Notes: generated from the sequence alone by a model not told the origin. Positions 10,162-19,256 are shown, counted from the first letter of the stretch. The stretch: DNA of 64,000 nucleotides from Candidatus Bathyarchaeota archaeon (GCA_005888635.1 VBAW01000016.1:133859-197858); one strand, 5' to 3'. Numbers and translations are program-made.

Positions 10162-10994
10162 CTATCTTCGATACAAAGTCCCGTCCTTCTTTTGGCAGAT
10201 TTGAGTACGTTCACGTCCAGTAACCGTGCCGTGTTCCATCCAGCCCCGTCTAAGAACTTCTTCCCTGTCCAGTTGTCCTTCGAGAGGTCCCTCTCCTACT
10301 CGAGTAACGTAGGCTTTGAAAATAATCATCACATCATCGACATCTGTTGGGCCGATTCCAACATCCGCACATGCTTGAGATGCAGTGACGTCCTTTGACG
10401 TAACATACGGATACGTTCCATGGTACAGACTCAAGAATGTTCCTTGAGTCCCTTCAACCATCACATTCCGACCTTTCGATAGTGCTTGGTGAATCTCAGC
10501 AACTGTATCAGTGACATAGGGTCTCAAACTGGTTTCTTGTCTGGCCAATTTCACCATACGGAGCGCTCTTTCTGCATTGCACGCCCCTACTCCGCTCTTG
10601 GTTGAGCCGATCTTGTTCGAGAGATGTTCAGATTCGCACTCCTGAGTCTTATGCCGCTCTTCCAGCATTGCGCATTGATAGTCGACGCTGATTCTATTCT
10701 CAGAGTCAGTTTCCTTGATCTCATTTAGGAGAATCGCGGTTTCTACCGGCACTCCCGCGCCTATCATCAGACGCGTAGAACGACTTACGAACCCGCTAGG
10801 CATGAGTCTAAGATGATACTCTTTCCCATCGTGAAAGACGGTGTGACCTGCGTTCGGTCCGTTTCCTCCTCTAACGCATATGTCGGGTTTGTCCTTTAGG
10901 GCCAGGTAGGCAGCTATCTTGCCTCTAGGGGACGATTTGCATCGTCTTTCCCTTCGTCCCCAAAGAAACCCCCGACGATTACGGTACAGGGCAA
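10162..10994 (-). pseudogene. purA: adenylosuccinate synthetase remnant (disrupted)
   Basis: Minus-strand translation starts MPCTVIVGGFFGDEGK at TTG 10994 and then loses frame. After a 23-nt insertion (plus 10924-10946, containing the GACGATttgcATCGTC hairpin and a TAG) it resumes GKIAAYLALKDKPDICVRGGNGPNAGHTV...EGTQGTFLSLYHGTYPYVTSKD...TGRER. This is collinear with archaeal PurA, but the motif after TGRER is out of frame and the last roughly 100 aa are not recoverable in any frame. Confidence 0.6.
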
Positions 10995-11097
10995 TTGGAT
11001 TTCCGAGGGGGATGGTACGGAGGTTGAATAAAACTTTGGAAGTGATTTTTTTTCTCGATTACAGCCTAAAGAGACTAATGACTGTCTGTTAATGGTC

Positions 11098-11117
11098 GGC
11101 CAAAAAATCCGCCCATC
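11098..11117 (-). terminator. GC-rich element followed by T6 tract downstream of the DUF4331 gene
   Basis: Minus strand reads GGGCGGATTTTTTGGCC 17-36 nt after the stop at 11134. Oligo-T tracts are the usual archaeal intrinsic termination signal. Confidence 0.35.
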
Positions 11118-11133
11118 TAGCCTCTGAGTTGCG

Positions 11134-12570
11134 TTATGGATCGTGGGAGTGTTCGTAGCCTGGGACTGGATGCGGCAGGTACGGGAAGACGGTCAGGAAG
11201 GGACTTGTGTTGGGCGGTTGTATCGGGCTTGAGTCTACCCCGTCTCCTACGAGAGCTGCTGCTCCATCGGGAGTGAAGCTTGGGTCTACTAGTGGTAGGG
11301 TTACTCCTGCGATTGCCCGAATTTCGATATCGATCACGTCGTCTCCTACTCGTCGTCCGTTGGGGAATCCTGCGGCGTCTCCCGCTATGAGGCCAAGACG
11401 ATTCGGGCTGGTCGTGTTGGGTTGTATTGCCATGTTGAGCCGCAGATAATCTGCTTGGACACTTCCTGTGAAGTTTTGGAAGCCGGGCACAATTCCCGAA
11501 GGTATGCCTGTCAACAGGATAGCAACGAGGTCCGCTCTGGGTTTGCTGTATCCTGCTAAGTTGGGGAAGATCCCAGGGTAAAGGATCGGTAAAAGCTTCT
11601 GGAGTTCTGGAGTCTGGTAGTATTGCAGGAATTGAGAGTCAAACCGTGGGTTCACTGTGTTCCACACGTCCTTCTTCCCAAGTGGAATTATCACTTCGTT
11701 GATGAGTGGCATTCCGAGCCGAGACACCTGTGTGAATGGTCCTGTTTGGATGCCGGGAGATGTGTCCTCGTCAAACTGGCCGTTGTCATCGTCGTCTCCG
11801 TCGCCGGGTAGGATTGTGGCTTTCCTTCGGCTCGCGGAGGCCCATATTCCCACCACTGAATTCTTGTTCAACGGATCTGTTGAATTGGAACCGTCACTTG
11901 TCAACTGTTTCTTCGAGACTTGAAGTGCGATTGTGTGAACGCTGAACCCTTTGGTTGTGTCCACTCCTGGAGCTGCTGGCGTAGGGATGAGGTGTAGGTT
12001 CTGAAAGGGTCTGAGTGTCGCCAGGTCAAAAATGGACCCTAGGTCAACGTAGAATGCTTCGTCTCGTTGTCCAGCGAAGACCGTCGAGTTGTCATTGAGA
12101 ATGTTAACGGCCGCATTTGCTAGGTCGGTATAGTTGGGGGTGGATCTCGGGCCAATGTTTACGGGAGGTGTCGAAAGTTTCGTGCCCAACACAGTTGGAG
12201 TTCCGCTTCGTCTTGGTCCCAAGACCTTCGTAACGGAATAGAACTGCTTGACGTTCCATGAGGAGTCTGTTAGGGAACTGATCGGTCCTGTGTTGTACAG
12301 GAAGGTATCAGGGTTCCCGATCTTCGTTTTGAACTTAAACTGATACGTGACATCTTCGATTCCGTCCCCATCGTTGTCAACCATTATTTCGTACAGTACG
12401 TCGTCTCCAAAGGTGTTGAAGTTGGGTCCGCCTGCTGGCTCTTCCAGTGGAATGTAGTTGGCGAGGATTGTGACCGTGTCAGGTTTGTCTGGGCTGACGA
12501 ATGCGTACAGATCCGTATTGTCAGCAACTGGATCTTTGGAGATCTTAGGAGCTTCTCGATGAGATGTCAC
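11134..12570 (-). CDS. DUF4331 family protein, no signal peptide of its own
   Basis: 478 aa beginning MTSHREAPKISKDPVADNTDLYAF. This is the hallmark SHREAP...DP..DxTDLYAF N-terminal motif of DUF4331, which in bacterial homologues follows a signal peptide. GTG start 4 nt after the upstream gene's stop, with a GGAG 8 nt upstream. Confidence 0.8.
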   Translation of the reverse strand: MTSHREAPKISKDPVADNTDLYAFVSPDKPDTVTILANYIPLEEPAGGPNFNTFGDDVLYEIMVDNDGDGIEDVTYQFKFKTKIGNPDTFLYNTGPISSLTDSSWNVKQFYSVTKVLGPRRSGTPTVLGTKLSTPPVNIGPRSTPNYTDLANAAVNILNDNSTVFAGQRDEAFYVDLGSIFDLATLRPFQNLHLIPTPAAPGVDTTKGFSVHTIALQVSKKQLTSDGSNSTDPLNKNSVVGIWASASRRKATILPGDGDDDDNGQFDEDTSPGIQTGPFTQVSRLGMPLINEVIIPLGKKDVWNTVNPRFDSQFLQYYQTPELQKLLPILYPGIFPNLAGYSKPRADLVAILLTGIPSGIVPGFQNFTGSVQADYLRLNMAIQPNTTSPNRLGLIAGDAAGFPNGRRVGDDVIDIEIRAIAGVTLPLVDPSFTPDGAAALVGDGVDSSPIQPPNTSPFLTVFPYLPHPVPGYEHSHDP

Positions 12571-12574
12571 GAAT

Positions 12575-12886
12575 CTATTCTCCTGCGCTCATTTTTTCAG
12601 CGATGAGTGCTGCCAGACCCGAGTCCTTGGTCTTGACGATGGTCTGTCCGTTCATCACGGTGACTTGGTCGCCGCTGACGGTGGCGACAATTGGTTCGGA
12701 GCTTTCGTTTGCAGCGGGCGTCTTCTTCGAAGGTTGCCCTGCGGGCAGGGGGATCTTGCCCATAAGCGCGGTAGCTCCTGCGGCAACGGCAGCGACCCCT
12801 ACTCCGAACTTCAGGAATTCTCTTCGTGAAACCTTCTTGTTCTGGTTATTCTCAGATTCGTTCTCTACTCTTTCTTCTGATGTCAA
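12575..12886 (-). CDS. small twin-arginine (Tat) signal protein
   Basis: 103 aa with a perfect Tat motif SRREFLKFGVGVAAVAAGATALMG (S-R-R-x-F-L-K plus h-region), followed by a roughly 60-aa hydrophilic domain. Its stop lies 4 nt from the DUF4331 start. Confidence 0.65.
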   Translation of the reverse strand: MTSEERVENESENNQNKKVSRREFLKFGVGVAAVAAGATALMGKIPLPAGQPSKKTPAANESSEPIVATVSGDQVTVMNGQTIVKTKDSGLAALIAEKMSAGE

Positions 12887-13006
12887 TAGATTTCGGGCGG
12901 TTCTTGTCTATAATCGCACTTAACGGTTTTTCCAGATTTCGCCGGATTCTTTCCATATTGCACTGGGAGATAGATGCAGGCTTCGTAAGATCAGTCGAAC
13001 GGCTTC

Positions 13007-13315
13007 CTATTTCCAGGTAACTCGAAGGAGGTTCGATATAGCTAGTGCTTCACCGACATTGACCAGTAGCATGTAGAACGATGCTTGGTCTACCAGAGTC
13101 GTTGCGGAGCTGACGTTGACGTTCTGAAACAGAAATAGCCAGAACACCAATATCGACAGATTGAGGATGACGAAGAAACTTCCGAAGAGTACCAGTCCCA
13201 GCGTGAAAGAGGATCTGATCCTGCGATAGGTTCCGATGTAAATTGCCAACAGCACGAGCGTCATTGCGATGTTCGCGAATGCGACGATAGCGCTAGCCCA
13301 CAATGCAAGGGACAA
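13007..13315 (-). CDS. small membrane protein (3 TM)
   Basis: 102-aa hydrophobic ORF directly downstream of the wHTH regulator, same strand. Confidence 0.5.
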   Translation of the reverse strand: MSLALWASAIVAFANIAMTLVLLAIYIGTYRRIRSSFTLGLVLFGSFFVILNLSILVFWLFLFQNVNVSSATTLVDQASFYMLLVNVGEALAISNLLRVTWK

Positions 13316-13326
13316 TTCTTTTCGAT

Positions 13327-13749
13327 TTACTCCTTGGCCGTTGCGCTTATCTTTCTTGTTCCAATTCTACTCCAAATCTCATCAAGGATTGGAAGGGCCT
13401 CTTCCATTTTCGCTGTCAGGAAGAGAACAGCGCCGTAGCTTCCTTTGTTCACAAGGGAGACTAGACCATTCTCCTCTAGTATCCTAACGTGATGCTGGGC
13501 TGTCTTGTAGTCCACTCGCAGAGTCTCTGCTAACTGATTCGCATTACAGGGACGATTCTGGAGAATTTTGATTATTTCGGCTCTGTTGGGTCCGCCTCGA
13601 GTGCCACCCAGCAGATACCAGAGCAACCGTCTGAGATATTTGTCCTGATTCGGTGAGCTGGACTGAGTGTCTCTGACTTCCGCGATCAGAACGGGGGTTC
13701 TGTGCAAGACTTCCGACACTTTGAGGGGCAGTTGTGGGATCCGTATCAT
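13327..13749 (-). CDS. ArsR-like winged-helix transcriptional regulator
   Basis: 140 aa. HTH core NANQLAETLRVDYKTAQHHVRILEENGLV is typical of the ArsR/SmtB fold. Confidence 0.6.
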   Translation of the reverse strand: MIRIPQLPLKVSEVLHRTPVLIAEVRDTQSSSPNQDKYLRRLLWYLLGGTRGGPNRAEIIKILQNRPCNANQLAETLRVDYKTAQHHVRILEENGLVSLVNKGSYGAVLFLTAKMEEALPILDEIWSRIGTRKISATAKE

Positions 13750-13888
13750 AGATATGATTCTCGAGGGATTGCTGGGAATCTTTTGAAGTCCCCCTTTCTA
13801 ATTTGCGCTGTTATAATGGTTCCCGACGCACTTCATGAAAAATGGCGGGATGAAGAACAGGGTCTTAGCTTTGCTAGGGACTGTGCTT

Positions 13889-13922
13889 GGGCGGGCTTTT
13901 CTTGATTGATGTCAGCCCGCCC
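13889..13922. other. perfect 9-bp-stem hairpin GGGCGGGCT-N16-AGCCCGCCC
   Basis: Seen directly in the intergenic region between the tatC 3' end and the ArsR-like gene start. No adjacent T-tract. Confidence 0.4.
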
Positions 13923-14057
13923 TGTCGATCGTCATCGCGTTGGCTGAGAACGCTCCGGCATATTTCAGCGGAAATTCATCATTCACCATTGGCAACACCA
14001 GTCCGGGGATTTAACGTGTGTGACGACATGGTTCATCGCAGAGGGGATGATAGTCGA

Positions 14058-14948
14058 TCAGACTCTTGCCTTCCCACAGAGTCCGCAAAATACTCCGCCG
14101 GAGTCCATTTCACCTCCACAGTAGGAGCATTTCGTCTCTCCCGTGGAAAAACGCACCCCCACTACTTCGTCCTTCTCGTATCTTCTCGCATACCACATTG
14201 CCCCCTCGATCAATATTATCATGGGAATGAACAGCGCTATGTCGGCCAATGGTCCTCCGTCTGGAGAGGCCAGTGCGGTGCCGACCAGGGTGACCGCCCA
14301 GACGTATTTTCTATTCTTCCTCAAGACACTTGTTCCAACGACGTGCAGTTTCACCAACAGGACGAAAATGACAGGTATCGTAAACGCGAATCCAGAGACT
14401 ACTAGAACGAAGAAGATCAAGTTGTAGAAGTCGTCCGCGTAGATGTAATTGGAAAATCCGACGAATCCGAAGAATGATAGTGAGAATATGAAAACGAAGG
14501 GCAACAATACAAAGAATGCGAAGAGTGCTCCCGCGACGAAGAGCACGGAGAAAGCCGCGACAAATGGATAGAGAGACTGGCGCTCGCTAGGTTTTATCGC
14601 GGGATCAACGAATTTGTAAATCTCATACGCCAATACAGGAACGCTCGCAGCAAAACCGAACACCGCTGCCCCGACCACTATTATTTCCAAAGGAGCAGTA
14701 ACGGTGCCTCCGATCAGAAAATACTGGGGAGGCAACAAGCTCTCCCTGATTCCAAGGAGGACTGCAGTGATTAGCGGTTTGTAGATCTGAAATGGATTCT
14801 GGTAGACTGATACAGGGTCAGCAGGAAAGACGAGGAAAAATAGTGTTGCACCGAGGAAGGCGTAAATCCATATTTTGATCCGGCGTGAAAGCTCGTTAAT
14901 ATGGTCCCATAACGGGAGAACTTTCTCGGTTTCGTTAGGGTCGGACAA
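14058..14948 (-). CDS. tatC: Sec-independent translocase TatC with C-terminal zinc-ribbon extension
   Basis: 296 aa. N-terminal LWDHINELSRRIKIWIYAF matches the TatC signature (LxxHLxELRxRL) and there are 6 TM helices. An extra C-terminal tail CSYCGGEMDSGGVFCGLCGKARV supplies a CxxC...CxxC motif. Confidence 0.85.
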   Translation of the reverse strand: MSDPNETEKVLPLWDHINELSRRIKIWIYAFLGATLFFLVFPADPVSVYQNPFQIYKPLITAVLLGIRESLLPPQYFLIGGTVTAPLEIIVVGAAVFGFAASVPVLAYEIYKFVDPAIKPSERQSLYPFVAAFSVLFVAGALFAFFVLLPFVFIFSLSFFGFVGFSNYIYADDFYNLIFFVLVVSGFAFTIPVIFVLLVKLHVVGTSVLRKNRKYVWAVTLVGTALASPDGGPLADIALFIPMIILIEGAMWYARRYEKDEVVGVRFSTGETKCSYCGGEMDSGGVFCGLCGKARV

Positions 14949-15096
14949 AGATCAGTTTTTTCCCCCGTAACCTCTGAGGAGTCCCAACATTGCGTTTTCA
15001 GTAACCTTGTGCCTGATTCGGATTGTCATTAAGAGAAACATTACCACCGGTAGAAATCTGGGCTTGGGCCGAGTCGTACGATCTACTGGCTCTGAG

Positions 15097-15381
15097 TTAC
15101 TTTTGCGCCAATCTCACGATTTCGTCGGAGATTTCTTGGCGGGTCTTTCCTTGAGTGCTGATTCCCAGTTTCTGTGCTGTATCAATAAGAGAGTCGGGAG
15201 TTGACACTATTGTCGAGGAGCTCGACGTTGGTTGCATCAGACCTTTCGATGCGTCATCGAACTCCTTTCGAGCCTTGCCGATTGATCTCGCCAGTTCCGG
15301 TATTTTCTGCGGTCCCCAGATCAGTATCACAGCTAGTACGCCTAAGATGAGCAGTATCTGAAACGGATCACCGATGGCCAT
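15097..15381 (-). CDS. tatA: Sec-independent translocase TatA/E
   Basis: 94 aa with an N-terminal TM helix plus amphipathic helix and the GPQKIPELARSIGKA motif. Confidence 0.8.
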   Translation of the reverse strand: MAIGDPFQILLILGVLAVILIWGPQKIPELARSIGKARKEFDDASKGLMQPTSSSSTIVSTPDSLIDTAQKLGISTQGKTRQEISDEIVRLAQK

Positions 15382-15492
15382 ATGATTTCCTTGCTATCTC
15401 GGAAACAGTTCCCAGCTTTAACTGTTTACCATAATCATTACCAAATGATCATCTGAGCTCGCGAAAGCTTATGCGTCGCTCGGATTTCTCGA

Positions 15493-16260
15493 TTGGAAGG
15501 TCGTCGATCGCTGAAAATTGTCGTCTGTGTGCGTCGTGTCCCGGACACGGCAGCCCGTATCAGAATAGCTTCTGATGGAAAGTCGATTGATACTTCGGAT
15601 GCTGAATTCGTAATAAACCCTTACGAAGAATATGCTCTCGAGCAGGCCGTGCAGCTCAAGGAGAAGCATGGGGGTGAGGTCACAGTCGTTACGTTGGGTC
15701 CAGAGAAGACGACCCAGGTCATCATGAAGGCACTTGCCCTCGGGGCTGATAAGGCGGTTCATCTCAAGGTGGACAAGATCCCTGAAGACCCTGGCTCAAT
15801 TGCAAGAGCGATCGCTAACGAGTTGAAGGGGTCGGAATTCGATGTCCTTCTTTTCGGAAAGAAAGGCGTCGACGATGACAACCAACAGGTCGGCCCCATG
15901 GTCGCAGAATTGTTGGGGATTCCCTGCATAACCCAAATCGTCAAGCTAGATGTATCCGACGGAAGAGGGGTTGCGCACAGAGAAGTAGAAGGAGGATCAA
16001 TAACGGTGGAAACGACCCTTCCCGCAGCGTTTACCGCAGAAAAGGATCTGACTGTTCCTCGCTACGCCTCTCTCAGGGAGCTTGTAGCCGCAAGAAAAAA
16101 GCCGATTATCGTAAAGGACGTCCAACTACGGGCACTCTCTCTCGAGATCATTTCCGTCCAAAATCCTCCCCCCCGCCCTCCGGGAAAGATAGTTGGAAAA
16201 GGGGTTGATGCAGTCCCCACACTAGTGAAGCTCTTGCATGAAGAGGCCAAAGTGATCTAG
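15493..16260 (+). CDS. etfB: electron transfer flavoprotein beta subunit
   Basis: 255 aa with LKIVVCVRRVPDTAARIRI and VINPYEEYALEQAV motifs typical of EtfB/FixA. TTG start. Confidence 0.85.
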   Translation: MEGRRSLKIVVCVRRVPDTAARIRIASDGKSIDTSDAEFVINPYEEYALEQAVQLKEKHGGEVTVVTLGPEKTTQVIMKALALGADKAVHLKVDKIPEDPGSIARAIANELKGSEFDVLLFGKKGVDDDNQQVGPMVAELLGIPCITQIVKLDVSDGRGVAHREVEGGSITVETTLPAAFTAEKDLTVPRYASLRELVAARKKPIIVKDVQLRALSLEIISVQNPPPRPPGKIVGKGVDAVPTLVKLLHEEAKVI

Positions 16261-16263
16261 GCA

Positions 16264-17247
16264 GTGACAGGAGAAGTTCTAGTTCTTGCAGAGTCATCAG
16301 GACCTGCCTTCCGCAAAGCTGCCCTGGAAGCGGTCACCGAAGGAAGAAGACTTGCGGATCTTCTCAGGGTGAGTGAGATTGTTCTAGCAATTGGAAACGG
16401 CTTGAAGGATCCCGCGAGTGAGCTCGGAAAGTATGGAGCCGACAAAGTGATTTTGGCAGATGACCCTTTATTGGCAATCTTCCACCCCGATTATTATCGA
16501 CAGATAGCGCTAGAGGCAATCAAGCGAGTTAACCCAAGCATTATTCTCGCTGCGGCAACTTCTACGGGAAAAGACTTGGCGCCACGATTGGCGATTCACC
16601 TAGATACAGCTGTTGCGAGTGAGTGCACTCATTTGGAGATGGAGAACGGGAAGCTCATAGCGACCCGGCCTGCTTATGCTGGCAAGGTCTTGCTCAGAGT
16701 CAAAGTCAACAGCTCGCCCAGCATCGCAACTCTCCGACCAAATGTCTTTACCGCAAGAGAAGCCGTACCTGGAAAGAAACCGACAGTCGAGCAAATCGCG
16801 TTCAATCGACCGGATTCACGGATGATTGTGAAGGAATTCGTTACTCAAGGGGCGAAGAAACTAGATCTCACAGAGGCCAGCGTTATAGTTTCGGGCGGCC
16901 GGGGAATGGGTGGACCCCAGAATTACAAGATTCTTGAGGAATTGGCTGAGGTCATGGGCGGAGTTGTCGGAGCATCAAGAGCCTCTGTGGATGCCGGTTG
17001 GAGGCCTCACTCAGACCAAGTTGGCCAGACAGGGCGTACTGTTTCTCCGATGCTGTACATTGCCGCGGGCATTTCAGGCGCGATTCAACACCGCGTAGGA
17101 ATGATCAACTCTAAGGTTATCGTCGCGATCAATAAGGATCCGGAAGCTCTCATCTTCGGATTCGCGGACTACGGCATTGTCGGAGATGTTTTCGAAGTGG
17201 TCCCAGCGCTTACGCGCGAAATGAAAGCGTTCTACGGAAAAACGTGA
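16264..17247 (+). CDS. etfA: electron transfer flavoprotein alpha subunit
   Basis: 327 aa with FAD-binding C-terminal domain motifs VSGGRGMGGPQNY...YIAAGISGAIQHRVGM typical of EtfA/FixB. GTG start. Confidence 0.85.
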   Translation: MTGEVLVLAESSGPAFRKAALEAVTEGRRLADLLRVSEIVLAIGNGLKDPASELGKYGADKVILADDPLLAIFHPDYYRQIALEAIKRVNPSIILAAATSTGKDLAPRLAIHLDTAVASECTHLEMENGKLIATRPAYAGKVLLRVKVNSSPSIATLRPNVFTAREAVPGKKPTVEQIAFNRPDSRMIVKEFVTQGAKKLDLTEASVIVSGGRGMGGPQNYKILEELAEVMGGVVGASRASVDAGWRPHSDQVGQTGRTVSPMLYIAAGISGAIQHRVGMINSKVIVAINKDPEALIFGFADYGIVGDVFEVVPALTREMKAFYGKT

Positions 17248-17260
17248 AGACTACGGGTTC

Positions 17261-17611
17261 TCATTCCATATGGGATTTGAGAAACCGCCCGATTTCCTGA
17301 CTCAAGGGGCTTCTCGAGACGTCAATGACGGGCATCTCCATGTTACCAGCCTTCACGTTGTGGCTGAAATCAGACATGGGAGCGAAGCTGATCGAGGCAA
17401 TGTAGAGTTCACCTTTCGCGTACTCTTCAGGCATCTCAGGAGGCGGAATCGGCTGAGAGACGAAGACGACTCCCTCACACCAATTTAGAAGAATGGGTTG
17501 CCCCATTTTCATGATGATGGCAAGAGAGTTCACTAGCTGCTGAGGGTTGTCGTATTTGACGAGTTCGCGGACAACAACCCGCTTCAGTGGTTCATGGGCT
17601 ATTTCGACCAT
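17261..17611 (-). CDS. hypothetical protein
   Basis: About 117 aa, counted from the internal Met (MVEIAHEPLK...). The longer 205-aa ORF upstream would overlap fixX in another frame. Confidence 0.35.
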   Translation of the reverse strand: MVEIAHEPLKRVVVRELVKYDNPQQLVNSLAIIMKMGQPILLNWCEGVVFVSQPIPPPEMPEEYAKGELYIASISFAPMSDFSHNVKAGNMEMPVIDVSRSPLSQEIGRFLKSHME

Positions 17612-17679
17612 TGACGATTCAACTTCACGCTCGGAGGTCTGCGAGTGGCCTATTTGTTGGTTAAGAGGATTTGGGATAC

Positions 17680-17973
17680 TTATCCGAGCTTGAAAGCGAC
17701 TCCTTTTCCGCCTGAGGGATATTTCCAGCTGATCGCGCCAGCGCCGATCTTGTGACACACAATCAAGCAAGCCCCTGTCTCCATGCATCCCTCGGTGTTG
17801 TAGTTCAGCTTCTCCTTCCAGGCGTAGACTTCGGCTGGGCATATGTAGAGACATGGTTTTGATTCGCAGTGATTGCATTTGTCGGTATCGACTACGATGA
17901 ATGGTTCTGCGTCCTTCGCAAAACTTACGAGCGCCAGCCTCTTGTCAAGCGTTAGGGATTCTTCAGTGGGCAT
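17680..17973 (-). CDS. fixX: ferredoxin-like protein FixX
   Basis: About 97 aa from MPTEESLTLDKRLALVSF. CNHCESKPCLYICPAEVY and EGCMETGACLIVC cysteine clusters, plus the C-terminal WKYPSGGKGVAFKLG that is typical of FixX. Confidence 0.75.
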   Translation of the reverse strand: MPTEESLTLDKRLALVSFAKDAEPFIVVDTDKCNHCESKPCLYICPAEVYAWKEKLNYNTEGCMETGACLIVCHKIGAGAISWKYPSGGKGVAFKLG

Positions 17974-17975
17974 CG

Positions 17976-19256
17976 TTAGAACGTCCTTGCTCCTCTGATC
18001 AAGTCGCGTATTAGAGTGAATATTGAGACTCGGCCTTTCGCCTGCAATCTCACTTCCCTGGAGATCTTTCTCTTTCCCGTTCCATCCACCCGGTAGACTG
18101 CCTCGGCGGCTGAGCACACGAGTTCTGGATAGACCGTGTATAATCGCCTGTTCCTTAGATACGCCGGGACACGGTGGAAAGTGTACATGTCTTTGAGAGC
18201 TGGGTCTTCATGCAATTTTCTTTCGAACACCTTCAGGGAGTTCGCTGAATAGTCTTTCTTCTTTCGAGCTTCCAAAACAGTTTGAGCCGCGGCGACCCCG
18301 GCTTGAATAGCCATGTCGACTCCTCGGAACGTGTAACCGTTGTTCAGGAGATGGCCCGCCGCATCTCCCGCAACAACCATCCCATCGGTATATGGACGGC
18401 TGAGCATTTTTGGGCCGGCTTCAGGGATCATATGCGCATCGTATTCGACAGTCTTTCCTCCTTTGATGAAGCGCTGCACCTTTGGGTGTTCTCGGAGTTT
18501 CTCCATGAAGCTGTAGGATTGAGTCTTCTGTGAGGAAACATCGTCTCCCCCAACAACCATGCCGAGCGCTAAGCTGTCTTGGTTTGTGTAGAGGAACCCT
18601 CCGCCTCGGAGTCCTCCCGAGCACGCTCCGATAAAGACATGGGCCGCTCCCTGGCCTGGTTCGAGACCGAGACGTTCCTCTATCTTCTCGCTCGGCAGCT
18701 CTATAACGTCCTTTACTCCCATGGAGATTTGGCTCGGTTCAAGCATCGATGCGAGACCCGCTCTCCGTGCTAGCCCAGTCGTCGTCCCGTCGCAGGCGAT
18801 GACCACATCTGTTGGGATCTTGTCTTGGCCAGCAACGATTCCTCTTACACGACTGCCGTCCATGATCAGGTCGTCGACTCTGCTTTCGGTAATGAGGGAC
18901 GCTCCCGCCTTTTCCGCCTCCTCAGCTAGCCATTTGTCGAACTTCGCTCGCTTCGCTGTAAAACTGCCTTCTGCATCCTTAGACTCGAATTCGAAGGAGA
19001 ACGCATTGTCTGAAGTCATAAATGTGATACCCTCCTTTCGCACAAAGCGTTCGACAGGGGCATCCTTCCATGAGTCCCCAAGAAGTTTCTTGAGGGCATA
19101 CGAGTATATTCTTCCTCCAAACACGTTCTTTGATCCTGGAAAAGTTCCCCGCTCCACGAGCAAAACCTGAACTCCCTCTCTCGCAAGTGTAATTGCTGCT
19201 GCGCTTCCAGCCGGACCTGCGCCGACTACGGCGACTTCGAAGCCTTCAAGTGACAT
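17976..19256 (-). CDS. fixC: FAD-dependent ETF:quinone-type oxidoreductase FixC
   Basis: 426 aa with a GAGPAGSAAA dinucleotide-binding motif and FixC/ETF-QO-like body. Immediately upstream of fixX. Confidence 0.85.
   Translation of the reverse strand: MSLEGFEVAVVGAGPAGSAAAITLAREGVQVLLVERGTFPGSKNVFGGRIYSYALKKLLGDSWKDAPVERFVRKEGITFMTSDNAFSFEFESKDAEGSFTAKRAKFDKWLAEEAEKAGASLITESRVDDLIMDGSRVRGIVAGQDKIPTDVVIACDGTTTGLARRAGLASMLEPSQISMGVKDVIELPSEKIEERLGLEPGQGAAHVFIGACSGGLRGGGFLYTNQDSLALGMVVGGDDVSSQKTQSYSFMEKLREHPKVQRFIKGGKTVEYDAHMIPEAGPKMLSRPYTDGMVVAGDAAGHLLNNGYTFRGVDMAIQAGVAAAQTVLEARKKKDYSANSLKVFERKLHEDPALKDMYTFHRVPAYLRNRRLYTVYPELVCSAAEAVYRVDGTGKRKISREVRLQAKGRVSIFTLIRDLIRGARTF

Noticed and set aside
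13887-14427. Plus-strand ORFs (172 aa and 94 aa) opposite tatC
   Set aside because: They are mirror-frame artefacts of the hydrophobic tatC gene. tatC has the TatC signature; these have no features.
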